This document shows positions 10,383 through 19,614 of a stretch of 64,000 nt of DNA, piece after piece. Both the position numbers and the translations under genes were made by a program. Each line of letters begins with the position of its first letter. The first letter of the stretch is position 1. The stretch comes from an uncultured Gemmatimonadales bacterium (GTDB lineage: Bacteria; Gemmatimonadota; Gemmatimonadetes; Gemmatimonadales; GWC2-71-9): NCBI GenBank assembly GCA_963821525.1, contig CAWGED010000010.1, positions 136,425 through 200,424 on the forward strand, in the 5' to 3' direction. Below the pieces are notes generated by a model. That model saw only the letters and a list, made by a program, of their open reading frames with translations. It was not told the origin of the DNA and did not search any database.

Positions 10383-11145
10383 TGCTAAGGCGTCGGGAAT
10401 TCCTGGCTCTGGCGGCCGGAAGCGTGGCGGCCGCCCCACTCTGTGGGCGGACGATCTCTCAGGCCTCGGTCGCGCCGAGGGTCAAAGCCCTCACGTTCGA
10501 CGCCTTTGCGATCTTCGACCTTCGCCCGGTCTTCGCGCTGGCAGACAGCTCTTGTCCGGCCATGGGGACCGAGTTGAGCAATGCCTGGCGAATCAGGCAA
10601 TTCGAGTACCAGTGGCTCCGTGCTTGGCGGGTCGTACGCCGATGTTCGGCGGACCACCGAGGATGCATTGGCCTTTGCCGCGAACCAGTTGAGGCTCGAT
10701 CTCACGTGGGAAAAGCGCGAGCACCTGATGCAGGCGTATCTGGAGCTGACCGCCTGGCCCGATGTCCGTCCCGCCCTGCTGTCCCTTCGGCGGGCTGGTA
10801 TCCGGCTGGCAGTCCTCTCGAACGCAACGACGGAGATTCTCGACGCTGGAATCAGGAACCAGAGCTGGAAGGAATCTTCGAGCAGGTCCTGAGCGTCGAC
10901 CGACTCCGAACGTTTAAGCCTCGTCCCCGAGCCTATCAGGCGGCAATCGATGCGTTGGGACTCCCCAGCCAGCAAATTGGCTACGTGGCGTATGCCGGTT
11001 GGGATGCGGCGGGAGCGAAGTGGTTCGGCTATCCGACCTCTGGGTCAATCGGCTGAACCTGCCGGTCGAAGAGCTCGGCGCCCCGCCTGACGGAATTGGG
11101 AGCGACCTGGATGACCTGGTCCATTTCGTTGGCGTCAGCTCCTGA
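10379..11145 (+). CDS. haloacid dehalogenase type II with Tat signal (several frameshifts)
   Basis: RRREFL Tat motif; TFDAFAIFD, AWPDV...LAVLSN, FKP.P.AY, WDAAGAKWFG spread over three frames. Confidence 0.8.
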
Positions 11146-11215
11146 GACCCGGCCGGTCACCCTTCAGCGTTCGTCAAGCGTCTCCGAACCTCGTGTCGGT
11201 GCAGGGATCGGCGGC

Positions 11216-11701
11216 TCAGGTGCCGCCGTCGAGCCGGTACTCGAGGTCGTAGCTGTGGGTCTTGCCTTCGATAATGATCGTCATAGTGCCGGTGATCCCG
11301 GCCAACTCGCCCGTCCCCGACTCCGGCACCACGCTGACGTCCATCTTGTAGTTGGCGCCTCGGCTCATCGTTCCCCGGTGCATCAACAGAAAACTCCCCT
11401 GCTTCCCGTTGAGTGTGCCGGTCACCAGCTCCAAGGCAACGTAGGCCCCCGAGCCCTCCACCCCCTCCGCCTGAGCACCGAGCATCTGGCCCTTGCTGCT
11501 GCCGTCGAGTTCGCCGTGGAACTGCTTGGCGAGAACGAGATGGCCGATTGGGCCTCCGGCACTGTCGGCAGCCGGGATGGGCGTGACCTTGACGTCGAAG
11601 GATCCGCGAGCATGCATGCTGGTCTCTCCGGAGGTAATTCGAGGGGCTTGCTGGCCGGCCAGGTCGCCGAGCGCCAATCCGGCGCCGAGCCACCCGATCA
11701 T
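11216..11701 (-). CDS. DUF3224 family protein
   Basis: ARGSFDVK...KQFHGELDGSSKGQML...YVALE.VTGTL.GKQGSF...VVPESGTGELAGITG; start may be 11617. Confidence 0.85.
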   Translation of the reverse strand: MIGWLGAGLALGDLAGQQAPRITSGETSMHARGSFDVKVTPIPAADSAGGPIGHLVLAKQFHGELDGSSKGQMLGAQAEGVEGSGAYVALELVTGTLNGKQGSFLLMHRGTMSRGANYKMDVSVVPESGTGELAGITGTMTIIIEGKTHSYDLEYRLDGGT

Positions 11702-11813
11702 GACGCATAACCCTTCGCCTGGTTTGAGTTAACATACTGATCCCTTGAGTTCACGTTGTAGACCCATGATAGGGCCCGTGCCTCCGCCGGGTCTTGCAGA
11801 AACGCGACGCGAC

Positions 11814-12623
11814 ATGATTCGCCGCAAGGCAGAGCCCGCGAGGGGTGTCCTCAAGACCGCCGTGGTCGAGCCCCGGGGCCTCCGGCACGAGCGCTTCCAT
11901 CCCTCGAGCGACCTGGACACCTGGGTCGAGCACTTCTGGGTGGTGGCTTGGGACTTTGGCGACGCGGGTCCCCAGCGGGTGGAGACGCTCCCCCACCCCA
12001 GCGTCCACATGATCTTCGAAGACGGGAAGAGCAGGATCAGCGGTATCGCGCGGGCCAGGTTTACCCGGATGCTGGAGGGGAGAGGCGGCGTGTTCGCGGT
12101 CAAGTTCCGGCCGGGAGGGTTCTATCCCTTCGCCGGCTTTCCTATCTCCAGCCTATCGGACAGGACGGTGGAGCTGGCGGAGGTCTTCGGTGCGGATGGT
12201 GAGAAGCTCGATCGCGCGGTGCTCGCGGAGGGCACCGACGACGGGCGCGTCGCCGTAATCGAGACATTTCTCCGTAATCGCCGCCCTGCACCGGACGAGA
12301 ACGTGACGCGACTCTCGGAGATGGTCTACGCCGTGGCCCGGGAGCGGGGGATCCTCAAGGTGGAGGACCTGGTCCAGCGGTACGGCGTCAACAAGCGCAC
12401 CCTCCAGCGCCTGTTCGCCAAGTATGTCGGAGTAAGCCCCAAATGGGTAATCCAGCGGTACCGCCTGCACGAAGCGGCGGAACGGCTCGCGGCAGACAGA
12501 GAAGTCGGCCAGGCCGCGCTGGCACTGAGCCTGGGTTACACCGACCAGGCTCACTTCGTGAGGGATTTCAAGGCCACCGTCGGCACCTCGCCGGCCGCCT
12601 ACGCCCGGGCGCGCGGGAGCTGA
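11814..12623 (+). CDS. AraC family transcriptional regulator
   Basis: C-terminal HTH RTLQRLFAKYVGVSPK...LGYTDQAHFVRDFK. Confidence 0.9.
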   Translation: MIRRKAEPARGVLKTAVVEPRGLRHERFHPSSDLDTWVEHFWVVAWDFGDAGPQRVETLPHPSVHMIFEDGKSRISGIARARFTRMLEGRGGVFAVKFRPGGFYPFAGFPISSLSDRTVELAEVFGADGEKLDRAVLAEGTDDGRVAVIETFLRNRRPAPDENVTRLSEMVYAVARERGILKVEDLVQRYGVNKRTLQRLFAKYVGVSPKWVIQRYRLHEAAERLAADREVGQAALALSLGYTDQAHFVRDFKATVGTSPAAYARARGS

Positions 12624-12627
12624 CCGG

Positions 12628-13209
12628 CTACCTCTGCATCGTCGCGACCAGCTCCTTGCACCCCGAGCCCCAGCGAGAGACGGATCTGATCGCCTGGGTG
12701 AACGGGACGTCCAGCGGATGCACCCGTTCCCGATCGAGCACGTAGACCGCTCCGGCAAACGGCGTCGGGACAGAGGGGACGAAGCACGTGTAGCGACCAT
12801 CATCGAATTCCTCGATGATGAATCCGGGAACCAGGGCGTCCTCGATCTCGACGAGCGCCGGCTTCCACTCGGTCTCATCACCCTTCCCCGCCAATCGCTG
12901 GGTCATGCTTCTGATGACCGCGTACCCGGGGATGCGCTCGAAGAACGAACGCTCGAGCTTCTCTATGAGCGCGCGGCCAGACCGGGTGCGGGCGGCGGCA
13001 CCGATGAAGAAACAGATCAGCAGGACCAGAAGGAGCGAGAGCAGGCGTTCCGCGGGCAGCCACTCGGGGAGTAATCCAGCGAATGGCTTGACCAGTCGCC
13101 CCAGAGAAGCCGCCGCCTTGAGCATCAGCAGGATCGCCAGGTAGAGCGGGGCCACGATCAGTAGGCCGGCGACCATAGACGCCACGATGAAGTTGAACAA
13201 TCGTTTCAT
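12628..13209 (-). CDS. DUF502 family membrane protein
   Basis: Two TM helices, RIPGY, FVPSVPTPFAG. Confidence 0.85.
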   Translation of the reverse strand: MKRLFNFIVASMVAGLLIVAPLYLAILLMLKAAASLGRLVKPFAGLLPEWLPAERLLSLLLVLLICFFIGAAARTRSGRALIEKLERSFFERIPGYAVIRSMTQRLAGKGDETEWKPALVEIEDALVPGFIIEEFDDGRYTCFVPSVPTPFAGAVYVLDRERVHPLDVPFTQAIRSVSRWGSGCKELVATMQR

Positions 13210-13365
13210 GGAGGTCCTCCCGAAGAGTCCGCGTGCGCACGCGAAGAGAGAACAGCAAAGTAAGGAAGGGACGGTCGGCTGGGAGATGCACCAAGGTGCA
13301 ATAGTCCGGTCCGGCGGGGGCCTCTACTGTAGAGTCGGGCTCACCGCACCCCTTCCGACAGAGCC

Positions 13366-13752
13366 ATGCCAGCACACCAGCTCCGGCCGTCTAGCAACGT
13401 GTTGCTTCCGAGCATCTTCGGCCTGGGGATCGGCTGGCTCGTCGGCGCTGTCGGTCTCTCCGGTCCTCGCTGTTGTCGTGGCCAGTCTCCTCGCCGCCGC
13501 GGCCTCGGTGCTCTCCGACATCCGGAAATCTGAAACCGGTCGTTCACTCAACATCGCCCGGTATTCGTGCTGATCCTGGGGATCGTGGCCGGCTCGGTTG
13601 TCGGCGTCCTGACCAGAGACGATGCGCCCTCCGGAGTCGTCAAAGAATCTCCCGTCACAATCAGGGATGTCAGATCCACCTTCTCACTCTCCCCATGTAC
13701 GCCACGTACGGCTCCCCAAACTTCCTCGCCAGATACTGTTCTTCCCGCTTGA
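13366..13752 (+). CDS. hypothetical three-TM membrane protein (two frameshifts)
   Basis: Joining frames gives ...IFGLGIGWLVG/LSVSPVLAVVVASLLAAAASVL.../VFVLILGIVAGSVVGVLTR. Confidence 0.45.
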
Positions 13753-14140
13753 TGATGCCGTAGTGGGTGATGAGAAGGACAGGAATCAGGAACACCAGCG
13801 GCCAGACGGTGCCCACGGCGAAGGCGATACCGAGGCATAGGCCGGCGAGTGCGAGGTAGAGCGGGTTGCGGGTGAAGCGGTAGGGGCCGTCGCTCACGAT
13901 GGCCAGCGTCGGCTCACGAGGATTCACATTAGTTCCGCCCCGTTTGAGAGTCCTTTCTCCCCAGATCCCCAGCGCCACCGCGGCAGCTATCAGCCCGATC
14001 CCCACCATCCGCACCGGCCACGCGTGCGGCAGGTACCATGGTTTGAACCAGTGCAGGAGCAACGAGACGAGCAGGGTGCCGCTGTAGAGGAGCGGCGGGA
14101 AGACGAGGACGTTGGGGTGGTCGGTAGTGTTGGGAGACAT
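13670..14140 (-). CDS. isoprenylcysteine carboxylmethyltransferase/PEMT family membrane protein
   Basis: GPYRFTRNPLYL and IKREEQYLARKFGEPYVAYMGRVRRWI. Confidence 0.9.
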   Translation of the reverse strand: MSPNTTDHPNVLVFPPLLYSGTLLVSLLLHWFKPWYLPHAWPVRMVGIGLIAAAVALGIWGERTLKRGGTNVNPREPTLAIVSDGPYRFTRNPLYLALAGLCLGIAFAVGTVWPLVFLIPVLLITHYGIIKREEQYLARKFGEPYVAYMGRVRRWI

Positions 14141-14148
14141 TGGGGGCA

Positions 14149-14284
14149 ATTTCAGATTGAAGATTTCAGATTGAAGATTGATGGTTTGAGAGTGATGGAT
14201 CGGGGATCAGCCGTCAGCCTCAAGCTGTTAGCTGTCAGCTGTTAGTCGCCGTTCAATCTGCGATCTGAAATCTGACAATCTTCC
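14149..14284. repeat. inverted heptamer-repeat element (GATTTCA/GATTGAA arms, inner AGCYGTY array)
   Basis: Left arm 14149-14180; right arm TTCAATCTGCGATCTGAAATCTGACAATCTTC; inner CAGCCGTCAGC...AGCTGTTAGCTGTCAGCTGTTAG. Confidence 0.9.
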
Positions 14285-15985
14285 ATGACTCCTCCCTACC
14301 GGCCCCACCTCCGCCCTGAACGCCGCCACCCCGGCACGAATCGTCGGGAATATGCGCTCCGGTCCGATCTTGTCGGCCACGCCTGTAAGCTTCAGCATCG
14401 CCTCGAACCGACCCCTGGGCTTGGCAATGGCGAAGACAATTCCCTGCTCTTCCAGCTCGGCCCGAAGCTCCTCCAGCGTTTCTCCGCCGGTAATGTCGAG
14501 GGCGGGGGTGGATTCGGCACTGAACAGAAACCACCGAGGCTTGGGATTGGCCTGGCTTAACACGGTCCGGACCCGCTCCTTGAAATGATCGGCATTGAAG
14601 AACACAATCGAGGACTCGAAGCGAAACAACAGAAGGCCGGGAATCGGAGTGCCGCCATCCTCACCAATCTGCCCGTAGATTCCCGACTGCTCGTCGACTT
14701 CACCCAGAACGGCGTCGCGCGGTCTGGAGGCGAGCGCAATGAGCCGGAGTAGGGTCAAGGCCACGGCGATCAACACCCCGTGCAGCACGCCGACGGTCAT
14801 GACGCCCAGCATCGCCACGATCGACAGCCAGAACTCGGCGGGACTCACCCGCAGATACCAGCGGAGAGAGGCTATGTCGAAGAGTCCGATCGCCGAGGAG
14901 ATCAGGATCGCGGCGAGCGCAGCCTTGGGCAGCAGGGCGAGGGGCCCGGTCAGCAACAACAGCACCAGCGCCATCGCCATGGCCGCGACAACCGAAGTAA
15001 GCTGCGTCTTGCCGCCCGAGGTATCGGCCACCGCAGTCCGCGAATCCGCTCCGCTCACCACGAATCCCCGGCTCAACCCGGAGGCAAGGTCAGAGAAGCC
15101 GAGCGCGATCATGTCCTGGTTCGCGTCGATCGGGTAGTTGTTCTTGTTGGCGAACCCTCTCGCCGTGGTCATCATGCTGCAGAAACTCACCAGCACGATG
15201 CCCGCGGCACTCTCGACCAGAGGCAGGACCTCGCCGAGCTTGAGCCTGGGCAACGTGGGCATCGGGAACCCGGCGGGCACCTGACCAACCACCGCGACAC
15301 CCTTGGCCTCGAGGCCCATCGCGTACACCAGCACAATGCCGAATACCACTCCGATCAGCGGCCCGGGAAGCTGGGGCCAGAAGTGCTTGAAGATGCGCAG
15401 GAGCACGAAGAGACCGAGTCCAACGGCGATCGTGAGGTGATGAGTGTCTCCCAGACGGGAAAAGGCTTCCACAATCGTGCGGAAGAACCCGCCTTTGGGA
15501 ACCTGCACTCCCATCAAAGTTCCCAGCTGCCCCGCGATGATACTGAGGGCAATCCCGTTGAGATAACCCGTCAGGATCGGCCGCGACAAGAAGTCCGCGA
15601 TGACCCCCAGTCCAGCCAAACCTCCGGCGATACAGAGCAGGCCGGTAACGAACGTCAGGGTGACTGCCACATCCACGTAACGGGAGGGGTCGCTTGCAAC
15701 CAGCGGACCGACCGTCGCAGCAACGATGGCGCAGGCGGCCGCATCGGGATTCACCACCAGTTGTCGCGAAGTGCCAAACAGCGCGTAGGCCACGGCCGGG
15801 AGAATCGCAGAGTAGATACCCGCGACGGCGGGAAATCCGGCAAGCTCAGCGTAGGCGATGCCGATCGGAAGCGCTACGGCGGCGAGCGAGATGCCTGCGA
15901 GCAAATCGCTCTGGAGCCACTCGCGACGGTAGGTGCGGGCGACCCGGAGTCCGGGCATCCAGCGTTCGAGGGTTGGGGAGGGCAA
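14228..15985 (-). CDS. SulP family anion transporter with STAS domain
   Basis: DLLAGISLAAVALPIGIAYAELAG, YALFGTSRQL, SGADSRTAV, STAS FFNA; TTG start; stop lies inside the repeat element. Confidence 0.92.
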   Translation of the reverse strand: MPSPTLERWMPGLRVARTYRREWLQSDLLAGISLAAVALPIGIAYAELAGFPAVAGIYSAILPAVAYALFGTSRQLVVNPDAAACAIVAATVGPLVASDPSRYVDVAVTLTFVTGLLCIAGGLAGLGVIADFLSRPILTGYLNGIALSIIAGQLGTLMGVQVPKGGFFRTIVEAFSRLGDTHHLTIAVGLGLFVLLRIFKHFWPQLPGPLIGVVFGIVLVYAMGLEAKGVAVVGQVPAGFPMPTLPRLKLGEVLPLVESAAGIVLVSFCSMMTTARGFANKNNYPIDANQDMIALGFSDLASGLSRGFVVSGADSRTAVADTSGGKTQLTSVVAAMAMALVLLLLTGPLALLPKAALAAILISSAIGLFDIASLRWYLRVSPAEFWLSIVAMLGVMTVGVLHGVLIAVALTLLRLIALASRPRDAVLGEVDEQSGIYGQIGEDGGTPIPGLLLFRFESSIVFFNADHFKERVRTVLSQANPKPRWFLFSAESTPALDITGGETLEELRAELEEQGIVFAIAKPRGRFEAMLKLTGVADKIGPERIFPTIRAGVAAFRAEVGPVGRSHGRLSDFRSQIERRLTADS

Positions 15986-15990
15986 TGTGG

Positions 15991-16140
15991 ATTTCAGATT
16001 GAAGATTTCAGATTGAAGATCGGGGGTGGAAGATGAATCAGGGTCAGCGGTTAGCCGTTAGCGGTTAGTCTAATAGCTAATAGCCAATGGCTAATAGCTG
16101 GTGCGGTCCAATCTGCAATCCGAAATCTTCAATGTGCAAT
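15991..16140. repeat. nested inverted heptamer-repeat element
   Basis: Outer GATTTCA/GATTGAA arm 15991-16020 with complementary AATC arm 16109-16140; inner AGCGGTT/AGCCGTT array facing CTAATAG array. Confidence 0.9.
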
Positions 16141-16143
16141 GAC

Positions 16144-18117
16144 CTAGCACCCATGAGCCGGACGAGGCATCGCTTTAAGAAGGAGCGATTGGAAGGCAGG
16201 ATTCTTCGCCACTGGATCCAGCAATGGGTCGCAGCGAAGGTGGAGCTGAAAGTGCAGGTCTGCTCGCGGCTGGTAATCGGTAAGGAGTCGTAACGCTTTC
16301 CTGGTATCGCCGAGACCGAGGTAGCTCTCGGCGAGGTAGGTGACCGTGTGGATCTTGAGCGGTTGGTAGGATTTCGAGAGTGAATCGGCCCGCGCCAGCA
16401 GCTCGCGCGCCTTTGCCGCCTGTCCCGCCCGGTCCACCGGCAGCGCACTTCCCGCCATGGCATTCACGACCTCGACACCGCTGCTCAACCGGACCGCCGC
16501 ATCGAACGCCGCTACCGCCTTCCCGATATTCCCGCGGGAGAGCTCGGTCTGGGCGATGGAGGTGCGTCCCAGGTAGTAGCCGGGATCCACCCTCACCGCG
16601 CTGTCCCCGTAGACCGCCGCGCTGTCGTACTGGCGGCGCCAGTAGAAGGCAATTCCAAGGAAGGCGAGGCACTGGGTATTGGTCGGACTCAGGTCGAGGC
16701 AGCGATGCCACGCCGCGATGCCGCCGCTCGGGTCTCCGGTTTCCGTCAGGTACAGGCCGAGGTAGTGCCAGCTGTCCGGCTGGGTCGAGTCGAGGGCGAT
16801 AGCGTGCCGGATGGAGCGGAGCGCGGGACCGTCGTCGGTGGGGTCGATCCGCTCGCTCAGGGTGGCCCGGACACGCCAGGCCGCCGCGCTGTTGGAATCG
16901 AGAGCCAGGGCGCGGTCTACCGCCCTGACCGCGGCATCGATGATGCTATCGGACGGAACTCCCGGGATGACGAATCCTCGCACATCGGCCCGGACATAGG
17001 TCTGCGCCAGTGCAGTCCACGCATCTCCATAGGACGAATCCCTGGCCAACACCGCACTGAAGATCTGCGCCGCCTCGGCGCTTCCTGTCTGGGTCCGCCG
17101 CTCGAAGGCCTGAATCCCACGACTGTAAAGCGCGACCAGCTCCGGGTCTCGCGCTTGACCCCTCGCCGATGCTCTCCGAAGAAACGGATAAACTCCAATC
17201 AGAAGCAGGACCAATAGTCCAAGCACGACCAGCCTTCTACGCGACGAAGGCTTCGCCTGGACTGAGGGAACGCTGGCGGCCGTTGTGTCACGCAGGGCCG
17301 CGCTGAATGCGGCGAGGTCGGCGAAACGATCCGCCGGCGCGCGCTCCAGAGCCTTTAGCACCGCGCGCTCGACTGAAAATGGCACGCCGGGTCGGACCGG
17401 ATGAATGGCCCGGGCCGTCTCCGTCAATCGGCGAGCCACAATGGCCTGTGCGGTTCGGCCTCCGAAGGGAGGTTCGCCTACCAGCATCTCGTACAGCACG
17501 GTTGCGAGGCTATACTGATCGCTTCGGGCGTCCATCTTGTCGCCGCTGGCCTGCTCCGGACTCATGTAGGCCGGCGTCCCAATCGAGAGGCCCGTACTGG
17601 TCAGCCGTTCGGCATCGGTCTCCGCCACCGCTTTGGCGATGCCAAAGTCAACCACGTAGACCGAGCCGGCCGAGAGCAGCACGTTCTCCGGCTTGATATC
17701 CCGATGGACGATGCCGTGCCGGTGGGCCGCCTGGAGCGCTTGCGATATGAGGTCCGTGATGCGGAGGGCATCGTCGAGAGGAAGCTGCGGCTCTCTCATC
17801 AGCCTGGCCCGGAGCGATTCACCCTCGAGATAGGGCATGGCGTACCACGGCACCTCAGTTCCGTCGCCGCGGCGGATCACCCCGGAATCAAGCATCGGGA
17901 CGATGTTGGGATGTTGCAGCTGAGCTGTTACTCGAATTTCACGAAGGAACCGGTCCCCGCCGACCACCCCGGCCAGCTCCGCATGGAGCAGCTTGATGGC
18001 GACCAGGCGGTCATGCTGCCCATCTCGGGCGAGCCAGACCGTGCCCATCCCGCCTCGACCTAGCTTGCGCAGCAGCGCATAGCGGTCCGCGATGCTGCCG
18101 ACCACCGGCTCGGGCAT
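16144..18117 (-). CDS. Hanks-type Ser/Thr protein kinase with TM helix and TPR region
   Basis: GRGGMGTV, VAIK, HRDIKPEN, DFG, YMSPEQ; TM LVVLGLLVLLLIGV; GGAG before ATG 18117. Confidence 0.92.
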   Translation of the reverse strand: MPEPVVGSIADRYALLRKLGRGGMGTVWLARDGQHDRLVAIKLLHAELAGVVGGDRFLREIRVTAQLQHPNIVPMLDSGVIRRGDGTEVPWYAMPYLEGESLRARLMREPQLPLDDALRITDLISQALQAAHRHGIVHRDIKPENVLLSAGSVYVVDFGIAKAVAETDAERLTSTGLSIGTPAYMSPEQASGDKMDARSDQYSLATVLYEMLVGEPPFGGRTAQAIVARRLTETARAIHPVRPGVPFSVERAVLKALERAPADRFADLAAFSAALRDTTAASVPSVQAKPSSRRRLVVLGLLVLLLIGVYPFLRRASARGQARDPELVALYSRGIQAFERRTQTGSAEAAQIFSAVLARDSSYGDAWTALAQTYVRADVRGFVIPGVPSDSIIDAAVRAVDRALALDSNSAAAWRVRATLSERIDPTDDGPALRSIRHAIALDSTQPDSWHYLGLYLTETGDPSGGIAAWHRCLDLSPTNTQCLAFLGIAFYWRRQYDSAAVYGDSAVRVDPGYYLGRTSIAQTELSRGNIGKAVAAFDAAVRLSSGVEVVNAMAGSALPVDRAGQAAKARELLARADSLSKSYQPLKIHTVTYLAESYLGLGDTRKALRLLTDYQPRADLHFQLHLRCDPLLDPVAKNPAFQSLLLKAMPRPAHGC

Positions 18118-18162
18118 GACCAGCTCCACGTTGGGGGTAAGGCGACGGAATATACGCTCGAC

Positions 18163-18549
18163 ATGACCCTCCGCATCGTCCAACTCGGCAGCCCCCGGCA
18201 ACGCGGTGAGGGGCTTCGCATCGGCACCGTGCGCCGCCCGCCCCGTGGCGTGCCCAAGAGCCGCTACAGCTCGGATGACTGGTACGACGTCTGGCTTCCC
18301 GAGCTGGCGCCGAGCGCGGCGGCGGTGAAACGCGCCCTGGCTGCCGAGACGCCGGCCGAGTGGAAGGCGTTCGTGAAGCGCTATCGGAGGGAGATGAGCC
18401 AACCCGACAAGGTGCGGCTCCTCAAGCTGCTGGCCGCCTTATCACAGGACGCGAACTTGTCAGTGGGCTGTTACTGCGAGGATGAGTCGCGCTGCCATCG
18501 GTCGGTGCTGCGGGAGCTGTTGCAGGAGAATGGGGCCAGGCTGGGGTGA
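18163..18549 (+). CDS. DUF488 (YeaO-like) protein
   Basis: RIGTVRRPPRGV, WLPELAPS, CYCEDESRCHRSVL. Confidence 0.88.
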   Translation: MTLRIVQLGSPRQRGEGLRIGTVRRPPRGVPKSRYSSDDWYDVWLPELAPSAAAVKRALAAETPAEWKAFVKRYRREMSQPDKVRLLKLLAALSQDANLSVGCYCEDESRCHRSVLRELLQENGARLG

Positions 18550-18550
18550 A

Positions 18551-18632
18551 ACACAAAGAGCACGAAGTTCCCTCCGTGCCCTCTGTGTCTCAATCTTCAA
18601 TCTGAAATCTTCAAATCCTTCAATTTCCTTCA
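18551..18632. repeat. 9-mer hairpin plus AATC heptamer arm between convergent genes
   Basis: ACACAAAGAGCACGAAG / CTCCGTGCCCTCTGTGT, then CAATCTTCAATCTGAAATCTTCAAATCCTTCAATTTCCTTCA. Confidence 0.85.
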
Positions 18633-19041
18633 CCCTTCCCGAATCAGACTCCCGCTCGCCACATCGTAAATCCGAACGTGCACAACAATGCCGGGCCGGG
18701 TCTGATCGACCACCTTCACATGGACAACCTTCTTGTCCTCGGTCGGACGGTAGACGATCCAACTGCCGGCCGGAGCAGAACGCTCGATGTTGGCGCAGCT
18801 GCGCGCCTTCGCCTGATGCCCGGGCGGCTCACCCGGCATCCAGACCCGACATTGCCCGGGCGGAGGCAAGTGCCCTGGAGGAATGCCGAGAGTCGCAGCC
18901 GTGCTCTTTCCCTGTTTCTGGGCAGGGGCAGGGGCAGGCGCGGGGGCCGGAGCCGGCTTGGACTTGGTGGTGTGAGATCGAACTGCACGCCATGGCAGCG
19001 AGCAGTACTAGAGCGGGGGCGAGCACGCGGGTTGAGCGCAT
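18630..19041 (-). CDS. hypothetical lipoprotein with PA-rich linker (frameshift near 18970)
   Basis: GGAGG RBS, lipobox AMAC; restored frame reads PAPAPAPAPAQ...IPPGHLPPPGQCRVW.PG.PPGHQ. Confidence 0.7.
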
Positions 19042-19292
19042 GGATCCTCCAGGCAAGGGACGCGGTCTGCCCTTGGGCGGCAGAAAGCATGCCCCAGCCC
19101 TAAGTTATTATCCCACACTGATCTATCGAATAATCCCGCAGAGCAGGAGACTATGCGAGGTGTCGTGTGCATTGTGGCTTGGCAGGCTGCGGGACCGTCT
19201 GATTAGAACCCATCGGAGGGTAAATTATTTGGCTGTCCGCTCGTTCAATGCCGTCTACAGCCTGGCGGCCGACGGTTAAGGCCTGTGGGTTC

Positions 19293-19612
19293 AACACGAA
19301 GAACACAAAGATCACAAAGGGCTTCGAGTACGCTCGATGTCACCTTGAGGCCCAATTGGCCTCCGTAACACTCAGCCCAATCTGACACCTGAAATCTGAG
19401 ATCTGAAATCCCAGCAAGCCACAAAGGACACAAAGGTTTCCCCTCGTGTCCTTCGTGATGAAACAGCCGCCAGCCACCAGTACCTCCACCAACACACATC
19501 TAACTGCTAACAGCTAAGAGCTAACAGCTACAACCCAAAGCTGATGCCCAACGGCTGATTGTCCCGTCTCTGCTGTTTACAATCGGCAATCTTCAATCGG
19601 CAATCTTCAATT
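19293..19612. repeat. stack of five short tandem-repeat arrays
   Basis: CACAAAG 9-mers 19293-19319; AATCTGA 19379-19410; 9-mer hairpin 19420-19457; CTAACAG 19500-19530; AATCGGC/AATCTTC 19580-19612. Confidence 0.85.
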
Positions 19613-19614
19613 CC

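Noticed and set aside
8973..11145. Programmed ribosomal frameshifting or phase variation
   Set aside because: Several shifts per gene, no slippery heptamers or long simple-sequence tracts
14780..16036. Long antisense ORFs (for example 14780-16036, 9253-10371, 38842-39849, 3636-4724)
   Set aside because: Shadows of clear genes on the other strand, common in GC-rich DNA, with no family motifs
18118..18402. 95-aa N-terminal extension of the kinase
   Set aside because: It is the antisense shadow of the DUF488 gene; ATG 18117 has an RBS
19153..19206. 17-codon ORF after AGGAG
   Set aside because: Too short and unsupported by any motif
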